From Malacoraja senta (Eukaryota), in the NCBI GenBank assembly GCA_038087875.1, contig JAXLNO010000525.1, positions 1 to 34,693 of the forward strand: a stretch of DNA of 34,693 bases, read 5' to 3'. Each line of letters begins with the position of its first letter. Positions within the stretch are counted from its first letter, which is position 1. The notes beneath the pieces are model-generated. The model saw nothing but the letters and a program-made list of their open reading frames with translations, had not been told where the DNA came from and did not search any database. Positions 1 to 9,669 of the stretch are shown here, piece after piece. The translations under genes were made by a program, and so were the position numbers.

Positions 1-275
1 CTCCGCAGGCTCCGCGACTGGAGCCCCCAGGTCGTCCCGGTCGGAGGCCGCTCCACGGAGCTAGGCCCCAACGACAACGGAGACCCGACAGGGAAAAGGT
101 CGGGTCACCCGTGCAGGGAAGAGATTTTTTTTAAGTTCCCCCCGCCCCCCACATATACACAGTTAAAAACAGTATTAAAAAACACAACCAACTATATTTA
201 ACTGGACAAAAATAAATTTTAAGAAAGACAGACAGGCTGTAGGGGCCGCTGCAGTAATCCGCGCCGCCGCATTCC
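1..275 (-). mobile_element. 5' part of a CpG-rich non-autonomous retroposon (cut by window edge), related to the element at 590-1332
   Basis: Shares the block GGGAAGAGATTTTTT..AAGTTCCCC..CCCCCACATA followed by an A-rich tract with 1184-1290 (GGTAAGAGATTGAAAAAAAAGTTTCCCCTCCCCCACATA), and has a similar GC-rich terminus. Confidence 0.55.
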
Positions 276-283
276 TGCGGATT

Positions 284-315
284 GTTAGAGTACATGAGCG
301 TTAGAGTACATGAGC
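284..315. repeat. Perfect 16-bp tandem duplication (GTTAGAGTACATGAGC x2)
   Basis: Copies read directly at 284-299 and 300-315. Confidence 0.9.
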
Positions 316-589
316 TACAATTTCAAGTGGTACATGTGGAGGCTTTTCTGTACATTAGCAAGGCAATCTTGACAAGTAGTTGCTATCCAAATGTACATCT
401 ATCACTGCATGAATGGTGGCCTTCAGTGCATGTTCCTTGTGTTTGATTAGAACAGCAAAGAATGGGTCAAAGCTTCATCATTGCCTTTAGTGATACATGG
501 TCAGAAGCAAGTATAATCAATTTGTCAACATCCCTGACAGCATCTTAGGAAAGTTACTACTTCAGTCTCTGTCTGCGGAATATGCAGTT

Positions 590-1332
590 TCAATACAATA
601 CAATACAATACAATTCAATAATACTTTATTAGCCAAGTATGTTTTGCAACGTATGAGGAATTTAATTTGCCAAGTCAGTCATACAAATAAAAAGCAACAG
701 AACACACAAAATACATTTTAACATAATCATCCACGACAGTGACTCCTCCACATCCCTCACTGTAATGGAAGGCGAAAAAGAAGTTCAATCTCTTCCCTTT
801 GTTCTCCCGCCTTGAGCCTTCCGTTGACGGGACGATCTTACTCCCATAGCTGGTGGTCGAGCCCCACCCGTCGGGGCGATCAAGTTCCCGCATCGGGGGA
901 TCTCAGCTCTCCCGCGCTGGTGATCGGACCCCTGGGGCTGGTCGAACCTTCTGCGTCTTTGCAGCTCCCGACATCTACGGTCTCTACCCGAGACTGCAAG
1001 CTCTCGATGGTGAAATCCGCAGGCCGCGGTTGGAGCGATCCCTGGTAAGGGATCGACTCTGATGGTAAGTCCACGCCCCGCGGTGGGGCTCAAAATCAGG
1101 CCCGAGCGAGGCGTCCAGCTCCATGATGTTAGGCCGCAGAGCGACCGGAGATATGACCCGGAAAACAATCGCATCTCCGGCAAGGTAAGAGATTGAAAAA
1201 AAAGTTTCCCCTCCCCCACATAAAGCAAACCAGAGAACATTTACACAAACTTTTAAAACACACTAAAAATAACAAAAAAAAAGATGAAAGAACTGTTGGC
1301 GAGGTTGCCAATCATATGGCGCCCCTGGTGGT
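590..1332 (-). mobile_element. Non-autonomous retroposon (~740 bp) with Rex1/L2-type 3' tail and (ATTGT)n microsatellite end
   Basis: Minus strand ends ...CATACTTGGCTAATAAAGTATTATTGAATTGTATTGTATTG. CpG-rich body, no RT-like ORF and no obvious tRNA head. Confidence 0.6.
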
Positions 1333-1974
1333 CTCTTCAGATGTACTCCTGCCGGCATGGTAATGAAATGTCTGTTCCACCTGAGATTCTGGTGGGATGA
1401 GATCACCAGGATGATGAAGATGGGAAATTTGTTAGATGTACCAGTATTGGAGATTACCATTGCCAGATGGACACTTGCCACATCATCACGGCATCAATCG
1501 TTGGCAATGTCTCAGGCTGATTCAACACAGACTGCCTGCGGCTCCCTTATAAAGGTGTAAAAAATGAGGTTAATTTCCTCATTTGAGTGGAGTGCCTTCG
1601 CAAAATCACGAATATCATGCTGAACTGCAAAGTACTACTTAGATGTAGCTGTCAGCGAGCATATTCAAGAGCAACGTGCTTGGGATCAGTGTGTCCCTCA
1701 GCTCCACAGCAGGGCACAGATCTGTGGCTGGAATGCTACCCATAGCTGGGAGGAGAGACCATTTGTATGACCAGATCCATGACCCCCTTGACGTGGTGAG
1801 AGTCTACTGCCTAATGGAGCAAGTTCCACGACTCCAGAGCTCTCCTTCCCAGCCCTCTCTGTCGAGGAGGACATTCCTTTGGGCACTCTTCTCCGGCTAA
1901 TTATTAATGAACCGCTCGTACTTATCCACTGAATGAAAACAAATATAACTATCTCTGGTAGCTCCAAAATAGAG

Positions 1975-3524
1975 AACCATAGAAAATACCAAGTTCAGTC
2001 ATCAAGAAATGCTATAGATATCCTAAGTATGGCAAGGCTGCTGGTCCTGACAATATTCCACGTGAAGCCCTGAAAGTAGATATAGACTCATCAACAGACA
2101 TGCTCTATGGCTTCTTTGGGAGAATTTGGGAAGAGGAAAAGACACCCACAGAATGGGCAGAGGGATACATTGTGAAACTGCCCTAAAAAAGGTGACCTAT
2201 GAAAATGGGACAACTACCAAGGGTTCACCCTACTTTCTGTACCCAGTAAAATTCTCATCCAGTTCATCCTCAGCCGTCTTCAGGAAGCTGCAGATAAGAG
2301 GCTACGGGACTGGCAAGCAGGATTCAGGAAGGATCGCTCATGCACAGACCACATAGCAACATTATGCATCATCATTGAGCAGTCTATTGAATGGAACACA
2401 TCCCTGTACATCAATTTCATCGACTTTGAGAAAGCATTTGACAGCTTAGACAGGACAACACTATGGCACCTAATGGACCACAATGGAATTCCCACCAAGA
2501 TCATAAACTTAATCAAGAACTCGTATGATGGAACCTCGTGCAAAGTTATGCATGCAGGCCAGCTCTCTCAGAGCTTTAGTATCATTGACGGGCGTCAAGC
2601 AGGGATGTCTAATGTCACCATTCCTGTTCCTCCTGGCAATTGACTGGATCATGATGGAAACAACTGAAGGGAAAAGAAATGGAATTCAGTGGACAATGAG
2701 GGAGCAGCTAGATGATCTTGACTTTGCAGACGACATAGCTCTCCTTTCACACACACAGATTCAAATACAAGAGAAGACGGACAGACTCTCACAAGCTGCA
2801 ACAAAACTTGGTCTTACACCCAATACAGCAAAGACACAGTTGATGAGAATCCACTCCAAAACCAGCAACCCTATCCTTATGCACAGCACTGCTCTAGAGG
2901 AGGTGGAAACATTCATATACCTAGGCAGTGTTGTGGACATCACCGGAGGGGCAGAGACAGACATAAAAAGTAGAATCAATAAAGCTAGGGAGGTGTTTAA
3001 CATGCTGAGGAGGATCTGGAGCTCAAAACACATCTCAATCAACACCAAAATACGCATCCTTAACTCAAATGTGAAACAGGTGATGCTGTATGGATCAGAG
3101 ACATGGAAAACAACAAAACACACTACAAACAGGCTGCAAACATTCATTAACACCTGCCTTAGGAGAATACTTAACATCTGGTGGAGAGACAAAGTAAGCA
3201 ATGTGGACCTTGTGGAAAAGGACAAGCCAGAAGCCCATTGACTTACAAATTCAAAGGAGAAAATGGAGTGGATTGGACACACCCTCAGGAAACCTGCCAC
3301 AAACATCACCCGGCAAGCCTTGAAATGGATCCCCCAAGGAAAAAGGAAAAGAGGTCGCCCCAGGAACAGCTGGAGAAGAGGTGTCCAGACAGAAATGTCT
3401 GAGAGTGGGCTCAACTGGGGAGATCTCGAAAGAACTGCCAACAAGCGAGTGAGGTGGAAGACATTTGTCAATGGGCTATGTATGCTCCCGACAGGAGCAA
3501 AGGGCTAAGAAGAAGGAGAAGAAA
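1975..3524 (+). mobile_element. 5'-truncated, frameshifted RTE-clade LINE (reverse transcriptase region)
   Basis: Conceptual translation across frames gives KAAGPDNIP..WEEEKTPTEWAEGYIVKLP, QAGFRKDRSCTDHI..FIDFEKAFDSL, GVKQGCLMSPFLF, LDDLDFADDIALLS, MLYGSETW, WIGHTLRK..RGRPRNSW. Stop at 3508 is followed by a (GAA)n-like tail typical of RTE. Confidence 0.9.
2525..3241 (+). pseudogene. Largest open segment of the RTE reverse transcriptase (FADD motif)
   Basis: 238-aa ORF from the track contains GVKQGC and DFADD; flanking RT segments lie in other frames. Confidence 0.85.
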
Positions 3525-3803
3525 TCCTATGTATGAACTTTTGGCCTGTTTTTCATACCTGCTTTTTGCATTCACCACACATGATTTTGTTTGCAGATAC
3601 ACACTGGTATAAGGCGAGTGAGGTGCCAGTGTGTGTGTGTTTCCAAGGAGACACAAATGGGGTCCAGAGGCCCTGGAAACCCCCACGATATGCTGCAGCA
3701 GTGGCAGAAAGCTCCCGGAATGCCCCGCAGAACCAACCAACCTGGTGGTTGTGCTGCTGATGGCCGGTGGCGGGCCCCAGTGAGGCCATCAGGCCGCACC
3801 GCC

Positions 3804-3897
3804 GAGAACAAAGAGGGACCTGGCGTGGGGGCCCATCAAGAACAATGAGGGACCTGGCATGGGGGGCCCATCAAGAACAATGAGGGACCTAGCGTGG
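3804..3897. repeat. ~34-bp minisatellite x3 (AGAACAA(A/T)GAGGGACCTGGC(G/A)TGGGGG-CCATCA)
   Basis: Units at about 3804-3837, 3838-3872 and 3873-3897; more degenerate copies continue to ~3960. Confidence 0.8.
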
Positions 3898-3989
3898 TAG
3901 GTATGCTGAGTGAACTAACAGGGACCCTGTGAGGTGAGGCTGATGAGAACAAAGAGAAACCAACATGACTCTAAACTTGTCGATTCTTT

Positions 3990-4088
3990 GAGTACTTTGT
4001 GTATTGTATGCAAAAAATATGAATTTCACCGTACCTAGACACATGCAAGAGTAAAGTATCATTGATCATCGAGTTCATTGAATCATTA
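3990..4088 (+). mobile_element. Rex/L2-type retroposon 3' tail
   Basis: GAATTTCACCGTACC..CACATG..AAAGTATCATTG followed by (CATTGAAT)-like tail repeats. Confidence 0.5.
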
Positions 4089-4186
4089 AAGTCAAATCTG
4101 TTCCACGATTGAATTTCAACTCTTTTTTTTTCAAAATGGCTCAAAGTAGGACTTGCCCAGATCCTGTGCCCAGATCTGTGTATTTC

Positions 4187-4440
4187 TCTGCCGCAGAAGG
4201 CAGTGGAGGCCAATTCATTGGATGTTTTCAAGAGAGAGTTAGATTTAGCTCTTAGGGCTAATGGAATCAAGGCATATGGGGAGAGAGCAGGAATGGGCTA
4301 CTGATTTTGGATGATCAGCCATGATCATATTGAATGGCAGTGCTGGCTCGTAGGGCCGAATGGCCTACTCCTGCACCTATTTCCTATGCTGGCTCGTAGG
4401 GCCGAATGGCCTACTCCTGCACCTATTTTCTATGTTTCTA
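4187..4440 (+). mobile_element. CR1 (HER1-like) LINE 3' end with internal 46-bp tandem duplication
   Basis: Encodes AVEANSLDVFKRELD; 3' UTR motif GGGCCGAATGGCCTACTCCTGC occurs twice; ends TTTCTATGTTTCTA. Confidence 0.85.
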
Positions 4441-4916
4441 CCCTCAATTCAGTAAGTGGGGATTTGCACAAGACCGCATGTCAACTATGGATACAGAGCA
4501 GGTGCATTGGGATGCAGATGGGGGCGTAATGCTGGATTAAAACTATTACTTCCACTTCGGGATCCCTCCTTCCAGCCAACACTAACTGCACACAGCTGAG
4601 CGCATGAAAATGCATGAAAACCTGCACACACTACAGCCTGAATTAAAGGAATTAAACGCTTCCTGCTTTATTTCTTGCGACCGCTGATGCCATTGGAAAG
4701 GCTTTGGATGTTTCCTTATACGTCTGAAGCTCTTCATTAACATGGAGACTTTGGCCTTTCTTGCCCTCGTTTTATGATATTGATATTATTGTCCATACGT
4801 TGTTGGTTCAAACACTGGTGGGTTTGAAAGATGTGGGGTGATTGTAATACGTGATTGCAGATCCACTTCTGTGACCAGCACGCAAAGAGCCACCTGGCTT
4901 GGGCGCCATCTTTGAT

Positions 4917-5022
4917 CTGCAGATGCTGCTTTATACAAAAGTTGGATATAAAGTGCTGGAGTAACTCAGCACGATGGACAAGCTGCCTAACCCTTTGAGT
5001 TACTCCAGCACTTTGTGTCTAT
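4917..5022. mobile_element. Penelope-like pseudo-LTR remnant forming an inverted repeat
   Basis: AAAGTGCTGGAGTAACTCA (4950-4968) and TGAGTTACTCCAGCACTTT (4996-5014) form a perfect 19-bp IR. A near-identical motif lies downstream of the Penelope ORF end, at ~34339-34360. Confidence 0.7.
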
Positions 5023-5252
5023 CAGAGATCCAAAAGAGCAGGATAGGAATAAGGAGGGCTCCCATTAAACAGAAAACCGCATCCATGGAAGGTTTGTAAC
5101 AGGCAATGCTGTTCTTTGCACTTTGCAAACTTTCATAGAAGCACTTGCATGCTGCTGCTCACCTGAATGAAATATAATAAATGCCACAGCCACAACTGCA
5201 GCTTGAAAGCCGGGCAAGGACAGCATTGTCCTTGGCTGTTAAAGTGATTTTG

Positions 5253-5565
5253 TTTAGTTTAGTTTAGTTTAGAGATAAAGCGTTGAAAAAGGCTCTTCGG
5301 CCCTCTAAGTCCACGCTGACCAGCGATTCCTGCACACTAACACTATTCTACACACACTAGGGATAATGTACAATTATACCAAGCCAATTAGCCTACAAAC
5401 CTGAACGTCTTTGGAGTATGGGAGGAAACTGGAGCACGTGGAGAAAATCCACGTGAACCACGAGGAGAATGTACAAACTCTGTGCAAACAGCACCTGTAG
5501 TCAGGATCGAACCCAGGTCTCTGGCGCTGTAAGGCAACAACGCTACCGCTGCGCCACCGTGCCGC
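5253..5565 (-). mobile_element. Full-length tRNA-derived HE1/V-SINE-like SINE
   Basis: Minus strand starts GCGGCACGGTGGCGCAGCGGTAG (A box), has GGTTCGATCC (B box), a V-domain-like core, a CR1-like tail and (CTAAA)n. Confidence 0.9.
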
Positions 5566-5611
5566 TCGTGATCATAACTGTTAATTCTCATGCTTCCTTT
5601 CAGTTTAAACG

Positions 5612-5881
5612 CAGATGCTGGGGTGCGATCCTGACTATGGATGCTGTCTGTAGTTTGTACCTTCTCACTGTGACTGCATGGGTTTTCTCCGAATGCACCA
5701 CTTTCCTCCCACACTCCAAAGACATACATACAGGTTTGTAGGTTAATTGGCTTTGGTAAAACTTGTAAATTGTCCCTATTGTGTCAGATAGTGCCAGTGT
5801 AAGGATGATCGCTGGTTGGCGCTGAGTCGGTGGGCCAAATGGCCTGTTTCCGCACTGTATCTATAAAGGCTAAAGTCTAAA
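5612..5881 (+). mobile_element. HE1-like SINE, 5'-degenerate
   Basis: GGTGCGATCCTGACTA..TTTCCTCCCACACTCCAAAGAC..GGCCTGTTTCCGCACTGTATC, then CTAAAG repeats. Confidence 0.85.
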
Positions 5882-6402
5882 GAAAATTAAAATAGTAGGC
5901 TTCAGGGTATAAACAGTGGGTGCCAGTTGAGCCAAATGGGTTGCTATTGTGTGATAAATATCCATTACATTCTTACTGAAAAATGCAAAATATGCCCTTC
6001 AGCCCATATCAATTTTCTGAATTCCGTTTATCTGTAATAAATCTGTATTAGCAGCCGACATAAGACTGAAGTTAGCACTCTTTGATTTTACAAGATGAGG
6101 TCTCGCATTGTTTGTGACAGAACCACATTTCTCTGGAGTTAAACGGAATGCATTTCAAATGGAAAAAGAGATCTAATTACATGTATTTGTGTGGATATGG
6201 TTGTTAAACTCAATCCATTCTAATTTGTTACAAGACTTCAAACTTGAGACCATTAATAAGTTATCCATAACAAAATTATTTTCAGTATTAAGTTATTCAA
6301 GAGGAAAAAATCTGATTTATTCACACGTACCCTGAAGGGAATCCAGTTTATTGTTTTTTTTATATTTCCAGTGTTGGGAAGGATTAAACCTATTATGCTT
6401 TC

Positions 6403-6660
6403 ATAGAACATAGAACAACGCAACACAGAAATGGGCCCTTCAGCCCACAATGTTTGTGCTGAAAATGATGGGAAAAAGACTGACTATGTACCCTCTCATA
6501 ATTTTATCTACTTTAGGTCAACCCTCAGCCTCTAATACTCCAAAGAAAATAATCCAAATTTGCCCAACCTCTCTGTGAAGCTAATAATCTTTATTCCAGG
6601 TATCATCCTGGTGAACCTTTTCCGTATTCGCTTTGAAGCCTCCACATCTTTCCTCAAATC
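6403..6660 (-). mobile_element. Decayed CR1 3' fragments
   Basis: CATAGAACATAGAAC tail; minus strand encodes RKRFTRMIPG..ERLGKFGLFSLE. Confidence 0.7.
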
Positions 6661-6685
6661 AAGTATCATTAAATCACTGAATCCA

Positions 6686-7056
6686 TGTCTGTACGGAGTT
6701 TGTACGTTCTCCCCGTGACCTGTGTGGGGTTTCTCCGAGATCTTCTGTTTCCTCCCACACTCCAAAGATGTACAGGTTTGTAGGTTAAGTGATTTGGTAT
6801 AAAATGTAAAATTGTCCCTAGTGTGTGTAGGGTAGTGTTAATCTTCTTCTTGCATATGGCGTGCACAGCCTAAAGTTGTAGGTCAACTTGTTCTATTTGA
6901 TCTTGTTTGTGCATGGCAGGTTGATGGCATTAGTTGAAACAGGGTGGACCACGTGAAGGTTGCAATCTCCCACGGTAGTGTTAATGTGCGGGGATCGCTG
7001 CTCGGTTCAGACCCAGTGGTCGAAGAGCCAGGTTCCGTGCTGTATCTCTAAACTAA
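6686..7056 (+). mobile_element. HE1-like SINE interrupted by a 131-bp insertion
   Basis: SINE body runs to 6842 and resumes at 6974; ends GTGCTGTATCTCTAAACTAA. Confidence 0.85.
6843..6973 (-). mobile_element. Short non-autonomous retroposon with (GAA)n tail and 12-bp TSD
   Basis: TSD GGTAGTGTTAAT at 6831-6842 and 6974-6985; minus strand ends GCCATATGCAAGAAGAAG. Confidence 0.8.
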
Positions 7057-7084
7057 TCATTGAATCATTGAATCATTGCATCTA

Positions 7085-7230
7085 AGTGTGGTGACCAGAA
7101 CTGTATACAATATTCCAAATGTGGCCTAACCAATGTTTCATACAACCGCAACATGACTTCCATTCTTTTACCCTCATGCCCCGGCCAATGAAGGCATGTC
7201 TGCCATATGCTGTCTTTACCACCCTATTCA
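7085..7230 (-). mobile_element. Decayed CR1 RT fragment
   Basis: Minus strand reads approximately LRLYETLVRPHLEYCIQFWSPH. Confidence 0.75.
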
Positions 7231-8134
7231 CGTGCTCTCAGTTCTGAGCAATGCTTACAATATCACAAACATTCAATTCTATAGACAGAGCTCTTATGGT
7301 AGTGAAACACTGATGTTAACATTATAACATTTGAAATGTATGGTGTTTGAAAAAGCAAACCCCATATGTGAATGAACCTCAAAATTGGTTGAGACCAGGC
7401 AAATTCAAGTGAACCTACGATGATGGCAGGTGATGTTTTAGCATGGAGGATACCGACCAATTATTTGTTAGTATCTGTGACAATGGAAAGTTTTTTGTCA
7501 ACCTGACTTACTCAGTGGATGAAAATACTGATGGGTAAATTTTCCACTTCTATTCCACTTACACGCTGGAAGCAATTGTGTACCATCAAACTGTAATTTG
7601 TGGCCCATTAAAATTAATGGATGAACGATTTACAACTATGGGGAGGTGTACCATTTCCCAGAAGTAGGGAATGTGCGCTTATATATTTGAACCAATTTAA
7701 AGTTTCAAACACTGAAATTTTCCAGTGTCATCCTTAAATTGAACCAACCATTTGTCAGTCCCTGGCGTATACAAGGTAATCATATTTTAGTGTTTGCAGC
7801 GTGGGATGGAACTACAAGCAGGTTTTTTTCTAAATTCACATCCAGAAAATATTTGTTTTAGCTGGATCTTGCAGTTGCATTGATGATGAAGCTGTCAGTG
7901 TTCACTGTCATTACATTATGAAGCTCACAGCAGTCTCTGGAATCTATGCACGTGCAGCTGAGCATGGAAATCCAGACACTGCTGTTCGCGACTCACTGCT
8001 CCTGAACAGAGGGCACCGTTGCTAGCTTCACAAAGGGAATTAATTGCAAGTTATTGATAAAAAATTTAAACTGTCGATAAAACAAGTTATGTTGTACAAA
8101 AAAAAATTCTTATGTTGAATGAGGTATAAATGAG

Positions 8135-8364
8135 TATTTAGAGATACAGCGTGGAAACAGGCCCTTCGGCCCACCGAGCCTGCACCGACCATCGACCACT
8201 CATACGCTAGTTCCTTGTCTTATATAAAAGGGGAAATTTATGGAAGCCAATTATCCTACAAGCCCGCATGTCACAAACTCCATGCAGATAGCACCTGTAG
8301 TCAGGATCGAACCGGGGTCTCTGGCGCTGTAAAGCATCAACTCTACCGCTGTGGCATTGTGCCG
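8135..8364 (-). mobile_element. HE1-like SINE with internal deletions
   Basis: TTTAGAGATACAGCGTGGAAACAGGCCCTTCGGCCC tail and CAGGATCGAACC B box. Confidence 0.8.
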
Positions 8365-8435
8365 TGCACTATCTATGATTAGGAAAAGAGGATAGGCATT
8401 TGAAATTTATAATCTTGATGAGTAGTTGCAGCAGT

Positions 8436-8558
8436 AAAAATCCAAGCGGTCACAGGAAGAACGCACAAACTCTGCATAGACAGCACCATTGTCAGGATCG
8501 AACCAGGGTCTCTGGCACTGTGAGGCAGCAACTCTACTGCTGTGCCACCGTGCCGCCC
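8436..8558 (-). mobile_element. HE1-like SINE 5' half
   Basis: GTCAGGATCGAACCAGGGTCTCTGGCACTGTGAGGCAGC..GCCACCGTGCCGCCC. Confidence 0.8.
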
Positions 8559-8654
8559 TTATTTTTGAGATAGAGCATGGAAACAATCCATCAGCCCAAC
8601 AAGTCCATGCCAACCATCAATCACCCCTATTAATATGCAGCAAGCCATTATTTA

Positions 8655-8981
8655 TTTGAGTTTAGTTTAGTTTTTGTTTAAAGATATAGCACGGAAACAG
8701 GTCCGTCAGCCCACCGAGTCCGCACCAACCAGCGATCCCCACACATTAATACTACCCTACACACAACTAGGGACAATTTTATATTTATGCCAAGCCAATT
8801 AACCTACAAACCTGTAGGTCTTTGGAGTGGAGGAGCAAACCGAAGATCTCAAAGAAAACCCACGCAGGTCACAGGGAGAAGGTACAAACTCCGAACAAAG
8901 ACAAGCACTTGTTGTCAGGATCGAACCGTGGTCTCTGGCGCTGTAAGGCAACAACTCTACCGCTGCGCCATTGTGCTGCCC
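8655..8981 (-). mobile_element. Full-length HE1-like SINE
   Basis: Same organisation as 5253-5565. Confidence 0.9.
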
Positions 8982-9236
8982 AAATTCTGCAGAACAAACT
9001 GGCACCAAAAAATAATATATTAATGCAGTTAATTTCTTTCAGAATAATTATTTCAAGTTTTAATATTTTTGAAATATTTATCATATTCAAATGTACAATA
9101 TTGAAATATATAATACTTAAACACCTACCTTATTTTTATTCATTTTTCCCAGTTTGTATTTTATCCTTGATAAAATGTATTAAGCTTTAATTGAGCATTT
9201 TAACATCCTGATTTGCTGTCTCAGATAATTTTGCAT

Positions 9237-9272
<36 letters not shown>

Positions 9273-9669
9273 TTATTTATTAGAAGTACATTACATCACA
9301 GCCACATACATTAATACTCGTCATTTATATCTTCTTACAATTAATGTACTCCCTTTATTTTTTTTTTTACGCTAAAGAAAGAAAAGATTGAAAGAGAGAA
9401 GAAAGTGAAGGAAAAAGTGCAAGTGTAGAAAAGTGTAGAAAATGTAACAACAAAAAAAAAAAAAAGGACGAGGTCCCTATGAAAGCGAAATTAAAAACAA
9501 AAAAAAAAAGAGTTAAGAAATAGGCCCTAAGAAAAGAAAAGAGAGAGAGAAAAAAAGAAAAACAAATGTTTTTTTTTGAGCATCACGTAAATAGGACATA
9601 CCAACTCTTCAACTATCATCCCCCCTTACCCGACCTCAATTTTTTATTTTTTTAAAGTACTTTTGCACC

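Noticed and set aside
1317..1333. CTCF-like motif (CCACCAGGGGCGCC on the minus strand)
   Set aside because: One base short of consensus spacing and lies at a repeat terminus.
1263..1960. Possible ancient LINE RT remnant on the minus strand (NLRWNRHF, VPKG, DFAKA)
   Set aside because: Motifs are too decayed and scattered to support a call without an HMM search.
2761..3471. 236-aa minus-strand ORF
   Set aside because: Antisense shadow of the RTE reverse transcriptase.
3804..3897. CRISPR-like ~34-bp direct repeats
   Set aside because: Repeats are contiguous with no unique spacers, no cas genes, eukaryotic context.
3940..3961. Hammerhead-like CTGATGA..GAAAC
   Set aside because: No stem II or stem I pairing; it is a degenerate minisatellite unit.
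6843..6973. HDV-like ribozyme at the 5' end of the mini-retroposon
   Set aside because: Only one candidate helix; I could not build the nested double pseudoknot.
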